Source: an uncultured Gemmatimonadales bacterium (GTDB lineage Bacteria > Gemmatimonadota > Gemmatimonadetes > Gemmatimonadales > GWC2-71-9). From it: a stretch of 64,000 nt of DNA. The notes under the pieces were generated by a model that searched no databases, was not told the origin of the DNA, and worked only from the letters and a program-made list of their open reading frames with translations. Positions 40,039 through 48,945 of the stretch are shown piece by piece. Position 1 is the first letter of the stretch; each line of letters begins with the position of its first letter. Location of the stretch: NCBI GenBank assembly GCA_963728915.1, contig CAVSLV010000004.1:96001-160000 (forward strand), in the 5' to 3' direction. Made by a program: the position numbers and the translations under genes.

Positions 40039-42549
40039 ATGAACGAACGAATGATCCTTCCGGTGCTCCCCCTTCGTGACGTGATCCTGTTTCCTGGCGT
40101 CACGACTTCGATCGGGGCGGGGCGGCCCGGAACGGTACGCGCCATCGAGGCGGCGCTCGCCACCCCGGAGCGGTTGGTGTTCGCGGTCTGTCAGCGCGAG
40201 AACACCGAGCAGGTCTCTTCCGAAGGACTGTACACCATCGGCACTATCGCAAAGGTCGGTCAGCTCCAGCGTGGTCTTGCCGGCATGCAGCTGCTTCTCC
40301 ACGGTGAGCGGCGGGGCATCGCGATGCACGTCGCCGAGAAGAACGGCTATCTCGAGGCGATCGTGCGGGACGCCGAGGAAATGCCGCCGCTCAATCCCGA
40401 CGATGCCGCGTTCGTGGGCCTCTACCGGGAAGTCCGGGAGCGCGCCGCCGAGCTGGGCCAGAAATCCGGCCTCCCTGAAGAGGTAGTGCAGCAGGTCCTG
40501 AGTGGGGTGAACGATGCGGGACGGTTCGCCGATCTGGTGGCCGGCTACATCGACGTCGGGCCGCAACAGCGGCAGGCTCTGCTCGAGACGCTTTCGGTCG
40601 AGGAGCGGCTCCGCCGGGTGCTGGTCCAGGTCCAGCGCCAGATCTCGGTGATCGAAGCGCAGGAACAGATCAAATCGCAGGTGCAGGAAGAGCTGGGAGA
40701 ACGGCAGCGGGAGATGTTTCTCCGGGAACAGCTCAAGCAGATCCGGAAGGAGCTGGGCGAAGGAGAAGATGGGGACGACCTGGAAGAGCTGCGTGAGAAG
40801 CTCGCGACCCTCGATCTGCCGGCCGACGCGCGCAAGGAGGTGGATCGCGAGCTGGCCCGGCTGGATCGGATCGGCCGCGAATCGATGGAGACCCAGGTGA
40901 TCCGGACCTATCTGGAAACCATCGCCGAGCTGCCCTGGTCGGAACGAAGCGAAGAGCATCTGGACCTCAAAGTCGCTTCCGACATTCTCGAGGAAGACCA
41001 CTACGCCCTCGGGGATGTGAAGGACCGGGTGCTGGAGTTCCTGGCGGTCAGGCAGCTGAAGCAGAAGGCGGACGGGCGGACCGGCGGACCGGCGGACGGC
41101 GAGGTCGGGGAGGTCGGAGGGGAGCAACCGACCGCTCCGACTCCTCCGACCTCCCCGACCTCCCCGACCTCCCCGACCGACCGCGAAGCGCGCGGCCCGA
41201 TCCTGCTCTTTGTTGGACCGCCCGGTGTCGGCAAGACCTCGGTGGCGAAATCCATCGCCCGGGCGATGGGCCGGAAGTACGTCCGCATCTCGCTCGGCGG
41301 CGCCCGCGACGAGGCCGATATCCGGGGCCACCGGCGAACCTATGTCGGCGCAATGCCGGGCCGGATCATCCAGGGAATGAAGCAGGCCGGCACCAAGAAT
41401 CCGGTTTTCCTGCTCGACGAGGTGGACAAGCTGGGTGTCTCCTTCCAGGGAGACCCTGCGGCGGCGCTCCTCGAGGTTCTGGATCCCGCGCAGAACGACA
41501 GCTTCGTGGACCACTACCTGGGTGTTTCCTTCGACCTGAGCGAAGTGCTGTTCATCGCCACCGCGAATTTCGTCCAGAACATTCCGAGTCCGTTGCTCGA
41601 CCGGATGGAAATGGTGGAGTTCTCGGGGTACACCGAACGGGAAAAGCTGGAGATCGCCCGGCGATTCCTGATTCCGCGACAGCTCGAAGAGAACGGGTTG
41701 CTGGGAAGCCCGGTGACGTTCACCGACGCGGGGGTCGAGCATATCATCACCGGCTACACCCGGGAATCGGGTGTGCGCCAGCTCGAGCGGGAAATCGGCA
41801 AGATCGCCAGGAAAGTGGCGCGGCAAATCGCGGGAGAGGGGGCGGATAAGGTCGAGGTCGACGCCACCATGGCCGGCGAGCTGCTCGGCCGGCCGAAGGT
41901 GCACCCTGAAAAAGCCGCCGCGGGCGACGAAATCGGGGTGGCGACCGGGATGTATTACTCGCCGGTCGGCGGAGACATCATGTTCGTCGAAGCCTCGACC
42001 ATGCGGGGCAAAGGCGAGCTGGTCCTCACCGGCCAGCTGGGCGACGTGATGAAGGAGAGTGCGCGGGCCGCCTGGACCTACGCCCGTTCGCACGCGGCGG
42101 CGCTCCGGATTCCCGACGAGATGTTCGACCGGGACATCCATATCCACGTTCCCGCGGGCGCCATTCCGAAGGACGGTCCTTCGGCGGGGGTGACCATGGC
42201 GACCGCGCTCATCTCGGCGCTCTCAGGGCGCCCGGCGCGGCACGACATCGCGATGACCGGAGAAATCACCCTCCGGGGCCGGGTACTGCCGATCGGCGGG
42301 CTCAAGGAGAAAGTGCTCGGTGCGGAACGGGCCGGCATCACCCGCGTGGTGATCCCGAAGGAGAACCTGCCCGACCTGGCCGATCTCCCCAAGGAGGTAC
42401 AGGAGAAAGTGGAAATCCATCCGGTCGAGGAGCTCGGCGAGGTCCTCGCGCTGACGCTGCGCGGAGCGTCGTACCGGGAGGGCAGGCTGCTCTTCGGGGA
42501 AGAAAATCCCCGCGACGTGCAGCCGCTGACGGCCAGCTATCAGCACTAG
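40039..42549 (+). CDS. lon: ATP-dependent protease La (Lon)
   Basis: N-domain LPLRD, GPPGVGKTS, DEVDK, PKDGPSAG (catalytic Ser) and IGGLKEK (catalytic Lys); GAAAGGAA RBS. Confidence 0.96.
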   Translation: MNERMILPVLPLRDVILFPGVTTSIGAGRPGTVRAIEAALATPERLVFAVCQRENTEQVSSEGLYTIGTIAKVGQLQRGLAGMQLLLHGERRGIAMHVAEKNGYLEAIVRDAEEMPPLNPDDAAFVGLYREVRERAAELGQKSGLPEEVVQQVLSGVNDAGRFADLVAGYIDVGPQQRQALLETLSVEERLRRVLVQVQRQISVIEAQEQIKSQVQEELGERQREMFLREQLKQIRKELGEGEDGDDLEELREKLATLDLPADARKEVDRELARLDRIGRESMETQVIRTYLETIAELPWSERSEEHLDLKVASDILEEDHYALGDVKDRVLEFLAVRQLKQKADGRTGGPADGEVGEVGGEQPTAPTPPTSPTSPTSPTDREARGPILLFVGPPGVGKTSVAKSIARAMGRKYVRISLGGARDEADIRGHRRTYVGAMPGRIIQGMKQAGTKNPVFLLDEVDKLGVSFQGDPAAALLEVLDPAQNDSFVDHYLGVSFDLSEVLFIATANFVQNIPSPLLDRMEMVEFSGYTEREKLEIARRFLIPRQLEENGLLGSPVTFTDAGVEHIITGYTRESGVRQLEREIGKIARKVARQIAGEGADKVEVDATMAGELLGRPKVHPEKAAAGDEIGVATGMYYSPVGGDIMFVEASTMRGKGELVLTGQLGDVMKESARAAWTYARSHAAALRIPDEMFDRDIHIHVPAGAIPKDGPSAGVTMATALISALSGRPARHDIAMTGEITLRGRVLPIGGLKEKVLGAERAGITRVVIPKENLPDLADLPKEVQEKVEIHPVEELGEVLALTLRGASYREGRLLFGEENPRDVQPLTASYQH
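41067..41182. repeat. Palindromic short tandem repeat block inside the lon CDS
   Basis: (GGCGGACS)x4, GAGGTCGGG-type 9-mers, then complementary CCGACCTCC-type 9-mers x5. Confidence 0.75.
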
Positions 42550-42558
42550 AGGAACGGA

Positions 42559-42583
42559 GGGGCGGAGGTGAACCCTCCGCCCC
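42559..42583. terminator. Hairpin between the convergent lon and diguanylate cyclase genes
   Basis: GGGGCGGAGG-tgaac-CCTCCGCCCC. Confidence 0.6.
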
Positions 42584-42588
42584 GTTCG

Positions 42589-44202
42589 TCATCGCTTCCT
42601 GGCGTTCACCACCTTATCGCGTCCGGTCTGCTTCGCTTCGACCAGGGCCTGCTCGGCTTCCCACAACAGATCGCCCGCCGACGTCGCGCCGGTCGAGGCG
42701 GTGCTCGCGATTCCCGCGGACAGCCGGATCGGAAAGTGGATCCCCTCGACCTCGGGGGGGCGCTCGACCAGCCCGGTCCGCAGCTGATTGGTGAGCGCCT
42801 CGGCATCCGAGGATCCGCACTGCCTGAGCAGCATCCCGAATTCCTCGCCCCCCATCCGGATCGCGAAATCGCTGGCGCGGATCCGGCGGCCGATGGCCGC
42901 CGCGACATAGAGCAGGATCTGGTCGCCGATCCGGCGGCCGAGCTGTTCGTTCACCCGGCGGAAGTGATCGATGTCGAGCAGGACGAACGTCACTTCCTCG
43001 CCGCTGCGCTGGCAGTGGGCCACCACCGACTCGAGCTCGTCTTCGAACGCACTCCGGGTCAGAAAGCCGGTCAGGGCATCGCGCCGGAGCAGGGCTTCGA
43101 GGCGCCGGCTGCGGCGGGCCCGGTGAACCGCTTCCGCCACCAGCCGGGTCTGGCTGATCGGGCGGACCATCGGGGCGTCCACGCCGGCGGTGAGCATTTC
43201 TTCGAAGATCGCGTCGTGATCCGGGGTGGTGACGGCCAGGACCGGAACCAGCGAGAGCTGGGGATTGGCCCGCATGGCCCGCACCAGAACGGCGGCGCTC
43301 TGTTCGGGAAGGGACCAGTCGACCACCAGGAGGTCGGGAGGCTCCTCCTCGATCTCTCCTAACCCGGCGCTGGCCGAGGACACGCCGGTGACCAGGACTC
43401 CGGCCCCTTCGAGCCACTGGGTGACCGCCAGCCGCTCGGCTTCCTCGGGCAGCACCAGCAGCGCCGCCAGAGGAGTCACCGCGGTCCTCCCCAGGGCGCG
43501 GGCCCAGCGGGCGATCTCGGCTTCGGCCCTGGCGTTGGTCACCAATAGGTCGATCCCGGGCAAGCCACTCTCGAGCAGCTGCTCGAGCGGTCGATCGGTG
43601 ATCAGCGCCACGCCCAGGGTGTGGGGAGAAACCGTCTCGAGCCACGGGGCGAGCACGGCGGGGTGATCCTGTTCCGGCCCCGGGGCCAGGACCAGGAGAT
43701 CGGGGCGCTCCGACACCGGAATGCCGGCCACATCCGCCATCGAACCATTGGTGACCGAGAAGCGCGCGTCGCGCAGCGTGTCGGCCAGACGGGACTGGAG
43801 GTCGCCACTCTCCCCGGCGATATGGGCTCGCCATCCGAAGTTGCCGGTCCGCGATCCGGCAGCTCCCGCCTGGAGCGCCCGCGCGGCGTCGTCGAACGCG
43901 CTCGCAATCCGGCCCACCACTCCGCCGAGGAAGGCAAATCCCTCTTCGTCGGGGTCGGGGTTGTCGATGAGCCAATGTTCCCCGGCCCGGCTCGCATCGG
44001 TGATCGCCTGAAATCCGTAGCTTCCTCCCGATCCGGCGAGCTTGTGAAATCGGGAGCGAAGCGAGGCCAGGGCTTCGGGTTCATTGGCACAGGCGGCGGC
44101 GAGATCCTTGCGCAGCTCATCGAGCCGCCCGGGAGCCTCGGCCAGGTATTCCTGCCGAAGCTGCTGAAAGATCTCGTCGGTAAGATCCGGCTCGTCGCTC
44201 AT
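42589..44202 (-). CDS. Diguanylate cyclase with Hpt-REC(degenerate)-REC-GGDEF architecture
   Basis: FHKLAGSGGSYGF (Hpt), PDLLVVDWSLP (REC), DALTG, DIDHF..VN, RASD I-site and GGEEF. Confidence 0.88.
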   Translation of the reverse strand: MSDEPDLTDEIFQQLRQEYLAEAPGRLDELRKDLAAACANEPEALASLRSRFHKLAGSGGSYGFQAITDASRAGEHWLIDNPDPDEEGFAFLGGVVGRIASAFDDAARALQAGAAGSRTGNFGWRAHIAGESGDLQSRLADTLRDARFSVTNGSMADVAGIPVSERPDLLVLAPGPEQDHPAVLAPWLETVSPHTLGVALITDRPLEQLLESGLPGIDLLVTNARAEAEIARWARALGRTAVTPLAALLVLPEEAERLAVTQWLEGAGVLVTGVSSASAGLGEIEEEPPDLLVVDWSLPEQSAAVLVRAMRANPQLSLVPVLAVTTPDHDAIFEEMLTAGVDAPMVRPISQTRLVAEAVHRARRSRRLEALLRRDALTGFLTRSAFEDELESVVAHCQRSGEEVTFVLLDIDHFRRVNEQLGRRIGDQILLYVAAAIGRRIRASDFAIRMGGEEFGMLLRQCGSSDAEALTNQLRTGLVERPPEVEGIHFPIRLSAGIASTASTGATSAGDLLWEAEQALVEAKQTGRDKVVNARKR

Positions 44203-44885
44203 CCCCTGCTCCGAAGCTGCTCGATGGCCAGTCTCGCCGCGGCGATCAGGGTGGGGGACGTTCCCCAGTGGCCGATCACCCGGTCTCCCTCACGGGCGGC
44301 GACCAGCGCGCTCCGCCGATCCACCACGAGCAGGAACGGCTGTCCTGGCCAGCCGTTCTCTCCGCTCGTGATCTGCAGATCCCCGAACGGAAGGTCCACC
44401 GCCGCGGTCGAGGAAAGCGACAGCGCCACACCGGCGCCCGCGGCCTTGCGGAGCGCGGGAACCAGTGGAGGAAAAGCTTCGGGTGAGGCGTGCAGCACGA
44501 TTTCCGTGGCCGCCCGGGCGGCCTCGCGGGAAGCGATCTGGATCGCCCCTCTCGCAGAGGCCAGCTCAAGCAGGGTGGGCGTGGGTGGAGTTGACATCTT
44601 TTCGATGGACCGGCTCACCTGGTCCAGCGCCTCGGCCTGTCGCTCCAGGATCCGGGCCACCAGCGCATCGGGGGGTTCGGGCCGATACCGCTTCGGCCGG
44701 CCTTCTTCTACCCGAGCCAGTCCCTTCTGCACCAGCCCCTCCAGGGCGCCGTAGGCATTGGCCCGGGCCAGTCCGGCGCTCCGGGCGATCGCATAGCCGG
44801 TCCCGGGACCGCCTCGCAGGAGGACTTCATACACCAGGCTCTCGGTCGGTGTAAAGCCGAACGCGGTGAGGTCCAGCCCGGCCAC
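44199..44885 (-). CDS. TrmB-family transcriptional regulator
   Basis: FGFTPTESLVYEVLL..GPGTGYAIARSAGLARANAYGALEGLVQKG winged HTH. Confidence 0.85.
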   Translation of the reverse strand: MAGLDLTAFGFTPTESLVYEVLLRGGPGTGYAIARSAGLARANAYGALEGLVQKGLARVEEGRPKRYRPEPPDALVARILERQAEALDQVSRSIEKMSTPPTPTLLELASARGAIQIASREAARAATEIVLHASPEAFPPLVPALRKAAGAGVALSLSSTAAVDLPFGDLQITSGENGWPGQPFLLVVDRRSALVAAREGDRVIGHWGTSPTLIAAARLAIEQLRSRG

Positions 44886-44886
44886 T

Positions 44887-45972
44887 TCAGCGGTACTCCA
44901 ACCCCCATCCCAGGAGCTTGGCGATCAGCGCGAGACGGAAGGTGACGTCGACCAGCCGGGAATCCGGCGACTTGCCCTCGAGATTGAGGGGGTAGTAATG
45001 CACGGTCGCTTTGCTGACCGCGCGCGGCGCCGTTTTGAGGGACTTGGGACGCCACACGCCTTCCTCGTCGCACTCGGAGAGGAGCTTCGCCAGCACTTTC
45101 GTCGCGACAGGATTGGTGTGGAGGGCGTGGATCCGGGCCAGCGTCTCGATGAAATAGAGAGCGAGCGGAATGTCCTTGGCATTCCCCTTGGCATCCGCTG
45201 CGATTGGATCGCCGAGCAACAGGACGTCGGGCCGGACCACCTTCTTCCCGACCTGCCACGCGAAGGCCTTCTTGGGGGCGGGCATGCCGAGGTACTGGCC
45301 GAGGCGTTCGGTAAAGCCGGCCCGCTCGCGCTGGAGGTTCGGCATCGCGGCGATCATGGCGACCGAGTACCAGGTGGGTGGATGCGCTTCGGGGCTCAGG
45401 ATGGTCTTGGAGCCAGCCCGCACGAAGGGCTTTTCCGCCAGTGGACTTCTGAGAAACGCCGAAACCGAGGTGGCGATCTTGTGGGCTGCGCCGCGGAGCC
45501 TCGGGTCTTCCAGATAGCCGGCTTCGGCGAGGGCCGCCGCCGAGGCCTCCCGCATGTGCTCCCGGGCCCATTCCCCGGCGGGGGCCGAATCCCGATAGAA
45601 CTTGGTGAATTCGAACTGGAGAAAGGGATCATCATCGCGAGAGAGGAGCCGGAAAAGAATCCGGTCCGCCAGCTTGAAGGGCCGCCCGCTCTTCGGATAA
45701 CCGAGCTGGAGCAATCGCCGATAATTGGGGATTGTCCCAACCTCCTTGATTCCGTCTTTCGCGAGCGGCGCCAGCCCGAGCAGGTTCCCGCCCCATACCC
45801 CGTTGTCCTTCTGCTTTCGCACCACGGCCTGGGCCAGCTTGGAATCCACCACGGCGGTTTCGTCCGCCGCGTAGCCTTCCGGAGGCAACGGGACTGGTTG
45901 GTAGGCAAGCTCTCGGCGGGTCCTGAGCCGGACGGTTTCGCTACCGTGCTCGAGGAGCCATGTGACTGGCAC
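44887..45972 (-). CDS. Hypothetical protein, possible alpha/alpha-toroid (prenyltransferase-like repeats)
   Basis: WLLEHG...VRLRTRREL, QKDNGVW and CDEEGVW QW-like motifs. Confidence 0.65.
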   Translation of the reverse strand: MPVTWLLEHGSETVRLRTRRELAYQPVPLPPEGYAADETAVVDSKLAQAVVRKQKDNGVWGGNLLGLAPLAKDGIKEVGTIPNYRRLLQLGYPKSGRPFKLADRILFRLLSRDDDPFLQFEFTKFYRDSAPAGEWAREHMREASAAALAEAGYLEDPRLRGAAHKIATSVSAFLRSPLAEKPFVRAGSKTILSPEAHPPTWYSVAMIAAMPNLQRERAGFTERLGQYLGMPAPKKAFAWQVGKKVVRPDVLLLGDPIAADAKGNAKDIPLALYFIETLARIHALHTNPVATKVLAKLLSECDEEGVWRPKSLKTAPRAVSKATVHYYPLNLEGKSPDSRLVDVTFRLALIAKLLGWGLEYR

Positions 45973-46053
45973 ACGGTGAGAATTGGGCAGGTCCAGAGGG
46001 CCCCTCCCGGCAAATTGTGGTGTAATAGCGCGCCAAGATAGTAGCGTTTGCTG

Positions 46054-47004
46054 CTACAAACCAGAGTCGCTCGGGGTGGCGGAAGGGCCGGGGGAGCCGG
46101 AATTGCCGGGGCAGACGGTGTCCGGATCGGCGTCGAGAAAGGCCCGGAAGGCTGCCACCACGGTATCCGGGACCTCAGCCTGGGGTCGATGGAAGGCCCT
46201 GGGGAGAGGGACGAACCGGACACAGGGAATCGAGCGCGAGAGGGTATCGCCAACCGCAAAGGGGACGACGGGATCCAACCCACCCCAGATGAGGAGGGTT
46301 GGTTGTCGAATCTCCCGAAACCGGTTCCGGAGTGCCACGAAATCAAATTCTTCGAGGATCCGGGTAGCGGCACGGCTGTAGGCGGGGTCCTCGGTGAGAT
46401 CGTAGCCCTTGAGCGAATCGGGCTCCGCGAGCCAGCCGGGGTCGTGAATCGGGGTGATGAAGGAGCGCAGGGCGAGGTACTTGCCGATGGTCCTGGCACG
46501 GCCCGGAGTCATGGATTCGGTGATTCCGCCCAGGCCGATCCGGTAACCCGCCGGGGCGATGAGCACCAGGCGAACGATGCGGTCGGGCCGCTCCAGGGCC
46601 AGCGAGGCGGCGATGGCGCCCCCCATCGAGTGGCCCACGATCACCACCGGTCCCGCGGTCCAGCGATCCAGGAACCGGGAAAGCCGATTGGTCATGGCCT
46701 CGAGCGTGTAGGGGACATCGGGCTTGTCGCTGGCTCCTTCGCCGGGCAGATCGAGGGCGATCACGTGATGGTGTTCGGCCAGGCGATCGAAAATCGAGCG
46801 CCAGGTGGTGAGCGATTCGCCGTAGCCATGGAGCAGCACCAGGGTGGGTGCGCCGCTGCCGGCCCGGACGGTGCGGAGCCGGACCCCGTCCACCGCCAGC
46901 CACTCGGCGCGGTGAGGCGGGTCGGGCATCGGCCGGTCCAGCCGGACCCAGTAGCTCCCCAGCACCGGGACCAGAAAGGACCAGCGGGTCAGCCACCGAC
47001 TCAT
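46054..47004 (-). CDS. Alpha/beta-fold hydrolase
   Basis: LLHGYG, DLPGEGAS, GHSMGG nucleophile elbow, WGGLDPVV and FHRPQ; start overlaps the stop of the PQQ gene. Confidence 0.88.
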   Translation of the reverse strand: MSRWLTRWSFLVPVLGSYWVRLDRPMPDPPHRAEWLAVDGVRLRTVRAGSGAPTLVLLHGYGESLTTWRSIFDRLAEHHHVIALDLPGEGASDKPDVPYTLEAMTNRLSRFLDRWTAGPVVIVGHSMGGAIAASLALERPDRIVRLVLIAPAGYRIGLGGITESMTPGRARTIGKYLALRSFITPIHDPGWLAEPDSLKGYDLTEDPAYSRAATRILEEFDFVALRNRFREIRQPTLLIWGGLDPVVPFAVGDTLSRSIPCVRFVPLPRAFHRPQAEVPDTVVAAFRAFLDADPDTVCPGNSGSPGPSATPSDSGL

Positions 47005-48671
47005 CGCCCGAAGACCGTGAGCACCGCAGTGGTGGGTTCGGCCCCTCCAGTCCCCGACAGCACGGCGATGTACTGCTTGCCATCGGGACCGAGAAAGGCG
47101 ATGGGACTGCCCAGGATGCCGGCCGGCGCCTGGAATTTCCAGAGCTCCCGGCCCGAGCTCTGATCGGTCGCCTTGAACCAGCCGTTCAGGGTTCCGTAGA
47201 ACACCAGGCCGCCCGCGGTGGTCAGGACGCCGCCGGAAATCGGAGCTTCCTCGCGATTCTCCCATTGGAGAGCAGCCTGTTCCGCGTTCCAGGCGACCAA
47301 TCTTCCGCTGACATTGCCGGGGCCCGGCGTGATCGTCACCCCGACGCCGTTTCCACCGGGGAGGATGGTCATGTCCATGCAGAGATTGTTGACCGGCACG
47401 AAGAAGAGATTCGCCGGCGCGGCGTAGGCGGCGGGGGCGGGACCCTTCATGCCGATGGCGGAGGGACAGACGCCTTCGGTGGCGCGCCCGCCCCGGGGGG
47501 CTTCGAACCCGGGCTCGACCACGGGTCGCGCCCCGGCAAGGTCCACGACGGATGCCCAGTTGAGAGGCCCGAACCGCTCCGCCATGAGGAGCTTCCCGGT
47601 GGCGCGATCCACGGTGTAGACGAAGCCGTTCCGGTCGAAATGGACCAGGGCGGTGACCGGCTGTGCTCCGATGGTGAGATCGGCGAGGATGTTCTCGTTC
47701 GCCGCGCCGTACCCCCACTGATCGTGGGGAGTGAGCTGGAGGATCCAGCGGACCCGGCCGGTGGCGAGATCGCGGGCCATGATGCTGGAGGTCCACTTGT
47801 TGTCCCCGGGCCGCGCCGCCGGGTTAGGAGGGGCGGGGGGGCCGGTGCCGGCGTACACCAGGTTGAGCCGGGGGTCCCAGGAGAGCCACCCGGTGCCGCC
47901 GCCGCCCCGCTTCCACTGGTCGCCGGCCCAGGTGCGGACCCCGAGTTCGCGATCCTGGTGGGAGGGATAGGCGGCGTTGGCGGGTCCGTCGAGTCGCACC
48001 AGGCTGTCCGGTCCGGTGGTCCATCCGCGCCAGACCAGCCGTCCGTTCATCGCGTCGTAGGCGGTCAGGTAGCCCGCGGCCCCCGAGCCGCCGGTGCCGA
48101 CCAGGACCAGGTTGCCGGCCACGAGGGGCGGGCCGGGCAGGGTGGCCCCGGTCCGCCAATCGGAATTCCTAACCCGCCAGATCTCCCGACCGGTGCGGGC
48201 GTCCAGGGCAGCCAGCTCGCCGGGGAGGATCGGGACGTAGAGCTTGCCGCTGTCGTGGAAGCCCAGTCCCTGGCTCACCGCGGTGCTGTCGGGCGGATAG
48301 GAGGACGGGAGGAGCGGAGGAGTCGGGGCATGCCAGCGCCAGCGGACCGGCGACTGGGGGCGGGTGAGGTCGAGCGCGACGACCTGGTTGGGCCACGGGG
48401 TGAGCAGGTAGAGCATCGTGCCGACCACCAGGGGGTTGCCCGCGGCGCCGCCGGAGACCCCGGTGGAAAAGGTCCACACCGGCCGGAGGCCGGCCACGTT
48501 CTCCCGGGTGATCTGGTCGAGCGGACTGTAGCGGGTTAACGAAGGATCACCGCCGGGCCAGCCCCAGTCGGACCGCTCGGGATTCGCACGCTGCGCAACG
48601 GTGGACCGGGGAGCAACGAGGCAGGCGGTCAGGAGGAGGATGGCGCGTCCTGATGCCGCGAGAACCTTCAT
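47001..48671 (-). CDS. PQQ-dependent methanol/alcohol dehydrogenase (XoxF/MxaF)-like beta-propeller, apparently non-catalytic
   Basis: TRYSPLDQI, WTFSTGV, RPGDNKW, TPHD, HFDRNGF, VFYGTL and KQYIAVLSG scaffold motifs; active-site motifs altered. Confidence 0.85.
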   Translation of the reverse strand: MKVLAASGRAILLLTACLVAPRSTVAQRANPERSDWGWPGGDPSLTRYSPLDQITRENVAGLRPVWTFSTGVSGGAAGNPLVVGTMLYLLTPWPNQVVALDLTRPQSPVRWRWHAPTPPLLPSSYPPDSTAVSQGLGFHDSGKLYVPILPGELAALDARTGREIWRVRNSDWRTGATLPGPPLVAGNLVLVGTGGSGAAGYLTAYDAMNGRLVWRGWTTGPDSLVRLDGPANAAYPSHQDRELGVRTWAGDQWKRGGGGTGWLSWDPRLNLVYAGTGPPAPPNPAARPGDNKWTSSIMARDLATGRVRWILQLTPHDQWGYGAANENILADLTIGAQPVTALVHFDRNGFVYTVDRATGKLLMAERFGPLNWASVVDLAGARPVVEPGFEAPRGGRATEGVCPSAIGMKGPAPAAYAAPANLFFVPVNNLCMDMTILPGGNGVGVTITPGPGNVSGRLVAWNAEQAALQWENREEAPISGGVLTTAGGLVFYGTLNGWFKATDQSSGRELWKFQAPAGILGSPIAFLGPDGKQYIAVLSGTGGAEPTTAVLTVFGR

Positions 48672-48720
48672 GGCTCCATATTAATCGACTAGGATTCCCC
48701 TTCTTCTTCCGGGAGGCGCC

Positions 48721-48945
48721 ATGCAGGTCACCATTGCCTACTGCGTCGTCTGAAACTACGAGCCACGCGCCGCCGGTCTGGCGGCGGAGCTGCGCAGCGC
48801 GCTGGGCGCGGAGGTCAAGCTGGTGCCTTCCTCGGGCGGGATCTTTGATGTGGCGGTGGATGGGGCCGTGGTGTTCTCCAAGAAGCAAGCCGGCCGCCAC
48901 GCCCAGCCCGGCGAGGTGATGCGGTTGATCGAGGCGCGGTCGTGA
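48721..48945 (+). CDS. SelT/SelW/SelH (Rdx) family selenoprotein, 74 aa, Sec at UGA 48751-48753
   Basis: GGGAGG RBS; MQVTIAYCVV-UGA-NYEPRAAGLAAEL...SSGGIFDVAVDGAVVFSKK...HAQPGEV; CxxU motif. Confidence 0.9.
48768..48786 (+). promoter_or_regulatory. Bacterial SECIS-like hairpin
   Basis: CGCCGCC-GGTCT-GGCGGCG with its loop 21 nt after the UGA. Confidence 0.7.

Noticed and set aside
41067..41182. CRISPR-like array
   Set aside because: Repeats are 8-9 nt with no spacers and lie inside a CDS; no cas genes in the window
39721..42147. 808-aa minus-strand ORF opposite lon
   Set aside because: Antisense shadow of lon
48751..48753. Pseudogene interpretation of the in-frame TGA
   Set aside because: The TGA sits exactly at the redox position of CxxU and is followed by a SECIS-like hairpin and an intact downstream frame
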